Part shown: piece by piece, positions 52,046-62,430 of the stretch
Numbering within the stretch: position 1 is the stretch's first letter
Layout: each line of letters opens with the position of its first letter
Source: an uncultured Nitrososphaerota archaeon
GTDB lineage: Archaea; Thermoproteota; Nitrososphaeria; Nitrososphaerales; CADDZS01
NCBI GenBank assembly: GCA_963799845.1
Contig: CAWCYI010000004.1
Span: 832,001-896,000 of the forward strand
Length of the DNA: 64,000 bases
Reading direction: 5' to 3'
Notes under the pieces: model-generated
Seen by the model: the letters and a program-made list of their open reading frames with translations, nothing else
What the model was told of the DNA's origin: nothing
Databases searched by the model: none
Made by a program: the position numbers and the translations under genes

Positions 52046-52669
52046 TTACTGTTTATCGAGGACCGACTTCATCGCATCCTGGGTTGCACCGGAGGATGAT
52101 TTATCGCTCGAACCCTGGTCAGAGGTATTGATCTTGCCACCTGGGTTGGTCTTGGTGGGGACCAGCGCGGGTACCTTTCTGAGCTCCTTCGCAACCCTCT
52201 CAAGCGTCATTACACGGCCGCTCATCTTCTGCCGCTTCTCATTCAACATGACCTTGATTTCGGGTATCACCTCAAGCAATATCCTGATCAACACATCACT
52301 CTGGAATGACTCTAGGGGTCTCGAGATCATTGAACCCGCATTGTTGAAAACGCAAATCATTCCCTGTGGAGTCAGTACCACATCCGAGATGGATGAATCA
52401 GTCTTTGAGATAGACTCGGGTTTGATGTGATATGAGAGATTGAGTGGCATTATGATCGCCTTCAGCTGGTTTGAGACCTCGGCGCCGTATGTGCGCTCCA
52501 TCTCAATTAGTTCAAAGATCTGTTGAGTCTCTTCCTGCAAAGATTTTATCGCAAAATTAATATCAGATTCGCTACGAGCACTCTGCGCAGGTTGATTCTT
52601 GTGAGAGACTGCCTGCTGTGGCTGAGATTGCGTCTCAACTGCTGTGGTTTCCGTTTTTGTCTCTGCCAA
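52046..52669 (-). CDS. Hypothetical coiled-coil protein
   Basis: 207 aa; helices flank a short beta insert. Confidence 0.7.
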   Translation of the reverse strand: MAETKTETTAVETQSQPQQAVSHKNQPAQSARSESDINFAIKSLQEETQQIFELIEMERTYGAEVSNQLKAIIMPLNLSYHIKPESISKTDSSISDVVLTPQGMICVFNNAGSMISRPLESFQSDVLIRILLEVIPEIKVMLNEKRQKMSGRVMTLERVAKELRKVPALVPTKTNPGGKINTSDQGSSDKSSSGATQDAMKSVLDKQ

Positions 52670-52845
52670 ATGTATCGCTTGTACAGTTTATTGCAAGAAA
52701 GCCGATATTAGTCGTTATGAAGCCATAATCCATATTTCAGGTTGATCTCTTATAAGCGGCAGTCCCTTCTAGATCTACTCTCTAGTTACAGCATCTTGAT
52801 ATAACAAACTCTGTTATTCGAATACTCAGTAAAGGTCGAACTAAC

Positions 52846-53172
52846 ATGTCACAAGAATTTCTGAATACACAGCCACAACAGGCACCGAAGACTAACGCGA
52901 TCCAGGTCAGCAGAAGATCTCGCATGGAGACTTTTTGCGACATTTTGAAAGCAATCGGAGCGGGCGCTGAAAAGCCTACCCACATCATGTACAAGGCGAA
53001 TCTCTCGTGGACTGTAATGCAGTCATACATCAGATCGCTCGAAGCACAGGGACTTGTCATTCCGACTATGGAAGACGACAAGAAGACCTACCACTTATCC
53101 GACAAGGGCTTTCAGCTTCTGAATCAGTTCATCTCGATCAGGGAAGACCTCAACTTACAGAGCGAAGCCTGA
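52846..53172 (+). CDS. Winged-helix regulator (HTH_45/ArnR1-like)
   Basis: RRSRMETFCDILKAI...KPTHIMYKANLSW...YHLSDKG. Confidence 0.85.
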   Translation: MSQEFLNTQPQQAPKTNAIQVSRRSRMETFCDILKAIGAGAEKPTHIMYKANLSWTVMQSYIRSLEAQGLVIPTMEDDKKTYHLSDKGFQLLNQFISIREDLNLQSEA

Positions 53173-53409
53173 TCGTCTCTTTTCTTTTTCACACTTCAAA
53201 ATCCTCCGCCGCTTTTTTGGCGAGCCCCGCCCTAACACTCTTTCATAATGTATTTCAGCTTCGTACCCGGAATCTGTACCGCGTTCTCATTTTTATTATA
53301 TACAAACCTCGACAACTTGAGAACTCGATTCTCAAGCTAAAACTTCAGGTGATCCAATTATCCCTAGGGGTATCGAATCCGTAGCAAGAGAAGCCACGAG
53401 ATCAAAAAA

Positions 53410-54201
53410 ATGCTATCCATGAAGCAACAGGAAGAAGCGCGCCTCTCGTCGCTGGCGTCCGCTGAATCTACCAATGTCGCAAAGCAGCTCGTCGACATTG
53501 AAATCCTGTATCTTCTGACCTTCTCGCCGAAAAGCGGCTACGAGCTTCGAAAACATCTTCTGAACTGGTTTAAGATAAACATCAGTTACGGCACCTTGTA
53601 CCCGCACTTGCACGCGCTAGAAAAATCGGGGCAGGTGATCGGCAACTGGCAGCAGAAATTTGAGGAAGCGCCACTAAAGAAACGGATGTACTCCCTTACC
53701 CCTCTGGGTCAGAGTACCCTTCGCGGTAACATCGAAAGCCTGTCGAAGATATCTTTGACGATGCAGTTCATGGTGACGCAGGTGAACTTTGCGTCTCGGT
53801 CCGGCAACACAATCTCAACGGAACAGCACAAGGCGCTCGATCACGTCGAGGGATTTCTCTCGAGGCGCGGCTACACGGTTCGTAAACTTGCCCTGGTGAA
53901 GGGGTACTCCGGTCGAGAATACCCGGTCGACATTTTCGCGAACCGACAGGACATGAAATCATCCAACATCATGCTAAGGTTCTCCGAGCATGGCGATGTC
54001 TCAATCGAGGATGTGCTCAAGATGAGCGTCGTCTCCTTCGAGCTCGAAGCAAAAAGGGCGATCATACTCTCGCCGGTTTCTAACGTATCGGAAGCCGCTA
54101 GAAAGCTTGCTTCGTTCTGCCACGTTTCGATATACTCTGGCCATGATTACGAGAGCGCGGCAGCTAACATGAGCTCGACTTACGACGAGCCTTCTTCCTG
54201 A
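53410..54201 (+). CDS. PadR regulator fused to a restriction-endonuclease-like (Mrr_cat-type) domain
   Basis: SGYEL...SYGTLYPHLHALE...YSLTPLG; C-terminal FLSRRGYTV...VKGYSGREYPVDIFA. Confidence 0.8.
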   Translation: MLSMKQQEEARLSSLASAESTNVAKQLVDIEILYLLTFSPKSGYELRKHLLNWFKINISYGTLYPHLHALEKSGQVIGNWQQKFEEAPLKKRMYSLTPLGQSTLRGNIESLSKISLTMQFMVTQVNFASRSGNTISTEQHKALDHVEGFLSRRGYTVRKLALVKGYSGREYPVDIFANRQDMKSSNIMLRFSEHGDVSIEDVLKMSVVSFELEAKRAIILSPVSNVSEAARKLASFCHVSIYSGHDYESAAANMSSTYDEPSS

Positions 54202-54356
54202 AAACAGAGAACGGGTAGCCCTGAGTTCAAAATATCGTGAGGAATCGAGTCTTTGTTTAATTACCAGTTCCCATTGATTCATTAAGAAAAAAAATTTGGT
54301 TTTGTTGAATTTTCGAGGGGTGCTTAAGTGGTGTTGATTTTCGGGTCATTTCTTTC

Positions 54357-54623
54357 CTAGTGGTCTCTGATAATCGAATTATCAAATGTGTTAGTGTAAA
54401 TTTGGCAAGCGGGTCTTCCACCGAAGAGAGCGCAAGGGGGACTTCTTCCACAATTGGGACACCTAGCTGCCATTGCGCTACCTTTGCCTCCAGTAATCAT
54501 AAGGGCGATTCCACCACAAAAGAACAAGATTCCGATAAGGTAAATCTGGAGATCTAGTGAAATGAATATGGCTGCCCCAAAGAATAACAATACTATTCCG
54601 ATTATTCTACCGATGCCGAACAA
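54357..54623 (-). CDS. Small two-TM protein with Cys-rich tail
   Basis: Two hydrophobic helices then CPNC...C...C. Confidence 0.55.
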   Translation of the reverse strand: MFGIGRIIGIVLLFFGAAIFISLDLQIYLIGILFFCGGIALMITGGKGSAMAARCPNCGRSPPCALFGGRPACQIYTNTFDNSIIRDH

Positions 54624-54685
54624 AATCGCATCTACAAGAATAATAATCTGTTTGTCCTATTTAACTTCTGGTCTTTTCCTCCTTT

Positions 54686-54709
54686 GGTTTTGTTGAATTC
54701 AACAAAACC
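54686..54709. repeat. Perfect 24-bp palindrome
   Basis: GGTTTTGTTGAA-TTCAACAAAACC; its left part recurs as a 17-bp direct repeat at 54295..54311. Confidence 0.85.
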
Positions 54710-55143
54710 CTGATCCCTGACCGCAACACCCGAAACTGATCACTAGTTCCTGATCGTTGAAAGCACCCGAAGATTTAACCACCTTCGGGGCAGTTAAATC
54801 TGAGAGTCTAGCCAACTACGAGAACAGCGCAGTGTACATTGCACTTAGATTTTCATACGGTCAGAACCAAAATTTTCTGCGTTTCACACACGTGAGCACT
54901 TTTCAGCCGAAGAGCTGACGTTCAAGCTCTGTTAGCTCAGAAGAGCTTGAAACGAGCTGAACGGAGCTTGCACAGCTCAAATCTCATTGAACGGATCTGT
55001 AGGAATTTCAACCCGAAACTAACCGGGTAAATGGAGTCCCCTCACCTTTCTGTGACTGAATGCAGGAGACGAGCAAGGGATGATTGGAAAGATAGAAAGA
55101 AGCCTAATATCCGAATTTCGAATACTGCTCTGGCAAACACAAA

Positions 55144-56460
55144 TTGCCCCGAAATTTATTTTTCAATGAGAAAATGGAGCGCCTCCCCCAGGAGGAGCTC
55201 CGCGAGTTACAGTCAAAGCGGCTGCGAGAGGTTTTGCACTACGTCTACGAGAATTCAATTTATTACAAAAGAGCCTTAGACAGCGCAGGCTTGAAGCCTG
55301 ATGATATTACTGATATTTTAGGTCTCCAAAAAGCGAAATTCTTCACAACAAAGGACGACCTCAGAGAAAATTATCCTTTTGGCATGCTCGCCGTTCCAAG
55401 AAATAGCGTTGTCGAGATGCACGCGACCTCGGGCACGACTGGCACCCCGACGTTAGGTCTGCACACGGCAAAAGACGTCGAGGAGTGGGGGGAAGTCTCC
55501 GCGAGGTCGCTTGTGATGTCGGGCATGGGCAAAGACGACGTTTTTCAGATCACACCCAGTCTCGGGATGTTTTCGGGGGGCTTCGGATTCTACCACGGCG
55601 CGAGAAAGTTGGGGTGCACCATCGTCCCATCGGGAGCGGGATTTTCTAAAAGGCAGGTCGAATTCATGGTTAATTTCGGAACTACGGTATTCTCCGCGAT
55701 AGTGTCATACGGTTTCAGACTGGCTGAAGTCGCGGCCGAGATGGGAATAGATCCTCGAAAAGATACCAAGGTGAGAAGGGGAATCTTCGGGAGCGAAATA
55801 TGGACGAAAGAAATGAAGCGGAAGATGTCGAACCTCTGGGACCTCGATCCCTACGACATTTACGGATTCACTGAATTGTGCGGTCCCGGAGTGGGGAACG
55901 ATTGCTACGTACATGATGGACTGCATATCTGGCAGGACCACTTCATTACCGAGGTCGTTGACCCAAAGACCGGAGAGTCGCTAGGACCCGAGGAGGAGGG
56001 GGAGCTGGTATTCACGACCCTTTCCAAGGAAGCGATGCCACTGTTGCGATACAAGAGCAGGGACATCTCCTTGCTAATGGATCAGTTAACTTGCGAGTGC
56101 GGGAGGACACATCAAAAATTCTCCGAGATCCGTGGAAGAGCAGATGATATGCTCAAAGTCTCGGGCGTCAACTTTTGGCCGTCGGAAGTTGAATCGATTC
56201 TGCTAAAGCGTGACACCCTGGGCAGCGAATACCAGATTCACGTGAGTAGGGTTAATTCTACTGATCACATGAGCATAACGGTGGAAGCGAGAGAAAGAGG
56301 TCTGGACACTCAGATTCGACAAAGGCTCGCAAGCGCACTGGGAAACGATCTGCATGATGTCTTGTTATTCACGCCGGACGTTATCGTGGTGGACCCAAAT
56401 ACCCTCCCAAGAGTCGAAGTCGGAAAGACAAAGAGGGTCTTCGACGACAGGTCATTTTGA
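55144..56460 (+). CDS. paaK: Phenylacetate-CoA ligase family protein
   Basis: TKDDLRENYPFG, HATSGTTG, DIYGFTELCGPG, PLLRY, GRADDMLKVSGVN. Confidence 0.9.
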   Translation: MPRNLFFNEKMERLPQEELRELQSKRLREVLHYVYENSIYYKRALDSAGLKPDDITDILGLQKAKFFTTKDDLRENYPFGMLAVPRNSVVEMHATSGTTGTPTLGLHTAKDVEEWGEVSARSLVMSGMGKDDVFQITPSLGMFSGGFGFYHGARKLGCTIVPSGAGFSKRQVEFMVNFGTTVFSAIVSYGFRLAEVAAEMGIDPRKDTKVRRGIFGSEIWTKEMKRKMSNLWDLDPYDIYGFTELCGPGVGNDCYVHDGLHIWQDHFITEVVDPKTGESLGPEEEGELVFTTLSKEAMPLLRYKSRDISLLMDQLTCECGRTHQKFSEIRGRADDMLKVSGVNFWPSEVESILLKRDTLGSEYQIHVSRVNSTDHMSITVEARERGLDTQIRQRLASALGNDLHDVLLFTPDVIVVDPNTLPRVEVGKTKRVFDDRSF

Positions 56461-58771
56461 GATCGCGGTTTGCATGCTCTCGAGAACTTTGTCAGGAGTC
56501 AGCGGAAGCTCGAAAATCCTCGCCCCGACGGCGTCGTAGACTGCGTTGGCAATTGCCGCGCAGGTTGGAATGCAGCCGTGCTCCCCGAGTCCCTTTGCCC
56601 CGAAGGGCCCTGCCGGATCTGGACTGCCAACGAACTGCACTTCGATTTCGGGCACTTCGAGCGAGGTGACGAGTTTGTAGTCAGCGAAGCTCGGGTTGAC
56701 AACCATGCCTTCGTCAAGCAGGAGTTGTTCCATCAAAGCATAGCCCAGCGACATGACAACGCCGCCCTCAATCTGCCCCTCTGCGCCCGTAGGGTTCAGT
56801 ATCCTGCCAGCGTCATGCACGGCAACCACCTTCAGAACTGTGACCTTGCCCGTTTCCTCATCGACCTCGACTAACGCCGCCTGCGTGCCGAAGGCATAAG
56901 CCATTGAGATATTTCCCCGCATGGTATCCGGATCCGCCATCTCCGTTGGAGGGTCGTAGAATGCCGTGGCGAGGATCATCGATCCGTCTCGTCTAAAATG
57001 TGCCCTCCTCAACACCTTCGTGTATTCCACTCGCTTTTTCGTTTCATCGACTAGCGAGAATATCTCCCCGTCCCTAATGTCCAGATTCGATGGGTCCTCG
57101 CCGAGCTCCCTCGCCGCAAGTCTTAGGAGCTGCTTCTTCGCGTCTCTTGCCGCCATCAGAGCTGCGTTCCCGCCGATGAAAGTTGCCCTGCTGGCGTGTA
57201 TCCCGACATCCCACGGCTTTAGCGAAGTATCTTTGTTGACAAGCTCGATCTTCGAGAGCGGAACGCCTAACTCCTCAGCGACGATCTGGGTGATTGAAGT
57301 GTCCGAACCGGTACCGATCTCGGACGCTCCGGAGAGAATCGTTACTTTTCCAAAGTCGTCGATCTTTATGATTGCACCGCAACCGTCGGACTTGTAGACT
57401 CGAGCTCCCCCCGCAACGTGGAACAGGGTTGAAAATCCGATCCCGCGGCTTTTCCCCTCGCTGCGCGGCCCCTTCCATCCAATTTTCTTCGCGGCGAGCT
57501 GGATTGTTTCTTCCATCGCGCACGTGGTTATACGCATACCCTGGGAAGTAATATCTCCGGGCCGGTTTGAGTTCCTGAGTCTCAGTTCGACCGGATCGAT
57601 GCCCAATTTTTGAGCGAGAATGTCCATCTGTGATTCAATCGCGAAATTGATCTGCGGGTTGCCCGCGCCGCGCATCGTTCCGGAAGAAGGATTATTCGTA
57701 TAAACAGGCCAGGCATCGAACTGGATGTTGTCGACCCGGTACTGCCCGGACGTCGTCGCCATCATCACCCTTGCATCGAACGCGCCCCAAGAAACGTAAG
57801 CCCCGATGTCGAGAAAAACTTCGACCTTGCGCGCTAGCAGCCTTCCATTTTCATCAGCTGCACTCTTGATATTGATCAGTGCCGGCTGTCTCGTGGGCGA
57901 AAAACTCAGATCTTCTTCCCTCGAATAGTGTATCTTTACGGGTCTTCCGGTTTTCATGGAGAGAAGAGCAGTCTATCACATCGACGGGGTAGAGATCCAT
58001 ACCCCGTCCAAAAGCCCCGCCGATGAACGGTTGTATGACCCTCACTTTTTCTCCGGGAATGCCAAGCGCGTCGGCGATATCCTTCTGATACATGAACGGA
58101 GCCTGGGTGTTTGCCCACATCGTCAGACTGCCGTTCGAATCGTATGAGGCGAGTGCCCCCATCGTCCCGAGGGCGGTGTGCGTCATGAAGTGAACCCTGA
58201 ATGAATTCTCGACAACGATAGAGTCTTTCCTCCTAAAGACAGCATCCGGATCGCCTGCCCTGAAACTGAATGGGATCTTGGCGATGTTTTTCTCCGCATC
58301 TTCATGGAGCTGCCTTGTGCCGGGTTTCATCGCCTCAAATGGATCGAAGAAAGCGGGGAGTCTTTCGTACTCCACTTCGATGAGCTCCAAGGCCCGCGTC
58401 GCAGTGGCTTCATCTGCCGCCGCGACTGCCGCTATTTCGTCCCGGTAAGAAAGTACAAAGGTGTCCTTCAGGGGAAGGTTGTCTTTCATGAAGCCAAACT
58501 TGATCTTCGGCGTGTCTTTTGCCGTGATCACGGCAAAAACCCCCTCGAGTTTTTCCGCCTTTGAAGTATCGATGCTCAGGATTCTTGCGTGCGCGTATCT
58601 GCTCCGCAAGATTTTTCCGTGCAGCATCCCCGGAACTTTCAGATCGAGGAGGAACTGCGCCCTGCCGGTGACCTTTTCCAGAGAGTCGTACTTCCGGACT
58701 CTCTTCCCGATCAAAGAATAGTTTTCAGCTTGCTGAGCTTTTTGCTGGCTTTCTTGGATAGTAGAGGACAA
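56452..58771 (-). CDS. Xanthine dehydrogenase-family molybdopterin-binding subunit (HcrA-like), split by a +1 indel near 57973
   Basis: KVTGRA, LRSRYAHARI, IGGAFG, MRGAG, EGQIEGG, PFGAKGLGE, AIANAVYDA. Confidence 0.9.
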
Positions 58772-58837
58772 TGCCGCTCCTACTCTTCCTCATTTCGACC
58801 GGAAAACTATTAGCTTTTAGCTAAACGCAGATCGATT

Positions 58838-60983
58838 TCAAGTGTTGGAAAAGGTCAACGGTTCAACTTTGACTGCGGCCGAGAGAACGGTTTCTCCATT
58901 TGAATCAGCATAGCTTGAAGTGATCACGTAACCCCTTGGTAAGAATGCGACAATTTTCAGCAGTGTCTGCGATGGTATGTTGCTCCTGAACTGACCTAAC
59001 TCTTCGTTGATGATTTTTTCTCCGGAGAGCCGGTGGACGATTTCTATAATACTCGCACCCAAGAATTCTCTCACGCTGCTCCTCGAGGTAGCGAAGACGC
59101 AGTTCCCATTTTCGCGCAGTCTTTTCACTATTTCAATAGCTCTCGATTTTAGAGAACTACTTTTGAATCTATCAAGAGTGTCCTCAACTACAATTATGGA
59201 ATCTTTCACGCCCGAGTCGAGAAAATCGCGAAGCAAGATAACTGAGATCAGCTGTCTTTCCTCCCTCGTGGTCGGATCTTTAAGGCCGCGGCCGGATACG
59301 TCGAAAATTAGATTGTCTCGCCCGACGCTGACGGCGCCCTTCTCTGAAAAAATCCTGGAGAACGTACTCTTGGAGAGCAGGTTTTTCCGTAATTTCTGAC
59401 CCAGCTCGGAAAGTTCCGGCTCATTAATCATAAGGCTGGAAATAGTGTTGAGATTCAGGTTCTCCTTGCTCTGGGCTCTGATTATCGAGGCGATTCTTTC
59501 TTTTTGCTGATCAGAGCAATTGATAGAGCCCTGGTTGAACCACTCTTGAATCAGGTCAGCGCCGACAGTCGCGGATGCCTCGGTTGCTCCTGAAAACAGT
59601 GATACCTGGAACTCTTGGGCCTGGGAATCTCTGGCGAACGAAAAGACCTTCCAGTTGTATTTCCAAGCAATTCCTCTATGTTCCCCCTTTTGATCAATTA
59701 CGATTATCGGCCTTCCAGATCCTTTAATCGCGATCCCATCGAGGATCCGCTTCAGGGTGGTACTTCTCCCTGAGCCAGAAGAGCCTACTATCGCGAGATT
59801 CTTTTTGTAATTGGATAGTTCGAGAGTGTAATCTCCAACTTGTCTTACTTGAGCAGGCAAATCCTTTTCCGGAACTCGTTTATTGATCACGGCCACAAGT
59901 TGATCAAAGTCAAGCTGCCTACCGAGAAACACGGCGTCCTGACCGGCGGATTGTCTTTGCTGAAGCTGGACTGTCTGCTTCTGCTGTTCTACAATGGGGC
60001 GCAGTTTTTGTCTAAATTGTTCGGATTTTTTTGATTGTTCATCTTTCCTCAGTTGCTCCTGAGCCAGCAATTTTTCTTCTTCTGCAAGTTGAGCTCGCTC
60101 CTCTTTTTCAGATTCCTCCTTCCGGAAGGCAAAAACATCGTCGAGATCGATTGGCGGGAGTATCAAATATTCTCCCGTTCTTTGAACGAAATCGGAAAGC
60201 TCTTCCGGGACTTTTTCACTCTTGTCCAGAACGCCCAAGTTATCCGTTAGGGATTGCAGGAAGGCGTCGATCTGGTCTAGGTTTGAGAGCAAGGCAAGCT
60301 GGCGGAGCCTCGCAAGCATCAAGTGTTCGTTTGGGAGCACCAGTCTCCTGATCAGAGCATCTGCCCCTTCCTTTGCAAAGAAAGAAGGGACCCAGATGAA
60401 ATAGTCATGATCACTGGCTTTCAGAATCAGTTTGTTGAAGATGGCCTTCTCTACTATGAGGTTTTCATACCTCAGTTCTCTCATGGTAAGAGACTGCGAT
60501 TTCACGGAAAGAAAGAACCTTTCAAACTCTTTTCCACTTGATGCAAGTTGCTTTCCGGCATCTGCTCTAAAAAGTATCTCAAACGGCGATCTCAAAATGA
60601 GTCTCAACGTAGCATCGATTGCACGGCGCTCTTCGTTACTCATCCTGGAGAAGCGCTCGGAAATCGAGATCACCATCGCCTCTACGAATCGGAGGAGCTC
60701 ATTCCGCAATATTTGCTTCAGCCTGTCCGGATCGCCGTTGGTCGCAGACAGAAATGAGAGAATGTCATTTCGGGCTACGTTCCCGGCGCGCTTTGAAGCT
60801 GACATCGGGAAATCTAAGCGACAAGTTGTCCATTATTCTTGCAAATACATCGCCGAGATTCTTGAGTTCCAGAGGTCCTATGGGTGAGTCTACGAATTGG
60901 GAGTAAGCATCGAGAACAGCTGGAATATCCTTGTTTTTTTCTACGGACGAACGAACCAGTTGTACAGCATCAATTGCAGGCAT
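58838..60983 (-). CDS. HerA/DUF87-like P-loop protein with long helical N-terminus; the 72-aa and 655-aa ORFs probably join across a +1 indel near 60779
   Basis: NLAIVGSSGSGRST, IIVIDQKGEH, IIVVEDT, FLPRG; the junction reads ...FKARRE/VARNDIL. Confidence 0.75.
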
Positions 60984-61152
60984 TGAAATAGATCACCAAA
61001 AACCCAAAGTTCCCCTACAAGTAGGCCGTATCCTCAACATATCCGATGTTTAAACGTAAAAATCCGAATCCGACCTAGGAACAAGCATTACACTGATTAC
61101 AACAGCGACACCTATCGCTTTAAAAATCTTCGTTGGAGTTTCCAGAGAATCT

Positions 61153-61935
61153 CTAGCCCAGGAATCGTTCGCTGTAAACCGCGACGCCATTTTCCGTTAT
61201 TGAATACGGGTGCAATTGTCTGTCATGTTTGCATTCTCTCATTTTTTCGATTTCGATAGCTGACACGATGCCCCTCCCGGCCACGTGGGAATTATGCAGA
61301 ACTAGAACTCCGTGGCAGAGGTACTCTTCAGAAGGAATTTCCCTTTGGGTCAGAGCCGAACCGAACCGGTTTGCAATTTCGGTCGTAACTATACTGGTGG
61401 TTCCCATGCCAATCAATGATTCCAAAAGATCAATTATCGATCTCCTTCTTTGATGATTATCCATGAACTGCAGGGACAGCGATGTCATTGGGTCTACTAC
61501 AATCCTCGTAGCTCTGATCACGCGTACGTAACTTCGGAGGACAGTGCTCAGCGCCTGGATCGAAAACTCGGGTCCTCTTATGCGGACATTTTTTTCAGAC
61601 TCCGAATTTGACTCGACCTGCTGATCTCCATCGTTTGATGCTTGCCGCAGTGGAGACGCATCAACTATTGCGATCTGATTTTTCTTTTCGTACTTTTCCA
61701 GATCCCAACCGAAATTGGACATCTCGGTGATCAGGTGTGACTTGCTTTCTTCAAGAGAAACGAAAACTCCTCTTTCATCAAATCGATTCACGCCGTCAAG
61801 GAGAAATTGCATCGCCATGAGGGTTTTACCAGATCCGGGGCCTCCAGTTACGAGAATGACACGTCCTCTGGGATAACCTCCTCCAAGAAGTTCATCGAGA
61901 CCCGGAATCCCGCTTGGAACGTGTTCAGACTTCAA
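61153..61935 (-). CDS. Single-domain KaiC/RAD55-family ATPase
   Basis: SGIPGLDELLGGG, GGPGSGKT, FVSLEE, RIVVD, EEYLCHGV, IEKMR. Confidence 0.9.
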   Translation of the reverse strand: MKSEHVPSGIPGLDELLGGGYPRGRVILVTGGPGSGKTLMAMQFLLDGVNRFDERGVFVSLEESKSHLITEMSNFGWDLEKYEKKNQIAIVDASPLRQASNDGDQQVESNSESEKNVRIRGPEFSIQALSTVLRSYVRVIRATRIVVDPMTSLSLQFMDNHQRRRSIIDLLESLIGMGTTSIVTTEIANRFGSALTQREIPSEEYLCHGVLVLHNSHVAGRGIVSAIEIEKMRECKHDRQLHPYSITENGVAVYSERFLG

Positions 61936-62430
61936 AATAATTTGCTCAGCTCGCCCATACGTTTCTTATTAGATTCTATTGTTCCGATGTGCTCTGGTGA
62001 GTAGCAACAAAACAGGCTTCGCCGTCCAATATCAAGGTGCCTATTTTTTGACCCGGTTTGGTGAAAAACAGAATATTGTCGATCCGGATTTCCGCATTCA
62101 CCATTTTTTCTTACATGTGAGATAGGAAATACTACTTCCCATGGAAAGCGTTTCTCAGGGTCTATCGAGAGAGATCCGCAGTCAGATGTACTCATGCGTC
62201 TTCTGCGATTCTGTTTGGAAAAGGCTTCAAGAGGGAGAACTTCATTCTGAGCTTGAATTGCTCTACATCGAACATATGAAGAAGTATCACCGATTGACAG
62301 CGTGACTTTTTTCGAAGATCCAGTACAGATCACAGAAACAGATTTTCACTACCCAGTTAATCGATTACGTAGTTTGGGCTTCGACAGAACCTCTATTAGC
62401 TGACCGACTCACCATAACTCGAACCTGTGC

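Noticed and set aside
54660-55030. Replication origin
   Set aside because: No ORB-like TCCAGTGGAAAC/G-string boxes and no cdc6/orc1 gene in the window.
56452-58771. Aerobic CO dehydrogenase large subunit
   Set aside because: It lacks the form I AYxCSFR loop, does not match form II AYxGAGR exactly, and has no coxM/coxS neighbours.
61153-61935. Circadian clock KaiC
   Set aside because: Single domain only, with no kaiA or kaiB.
61932-62333. 133-aa ORF overlapping the KaiC start
   Set aside because: No recognisable domain and unconvincing composition.
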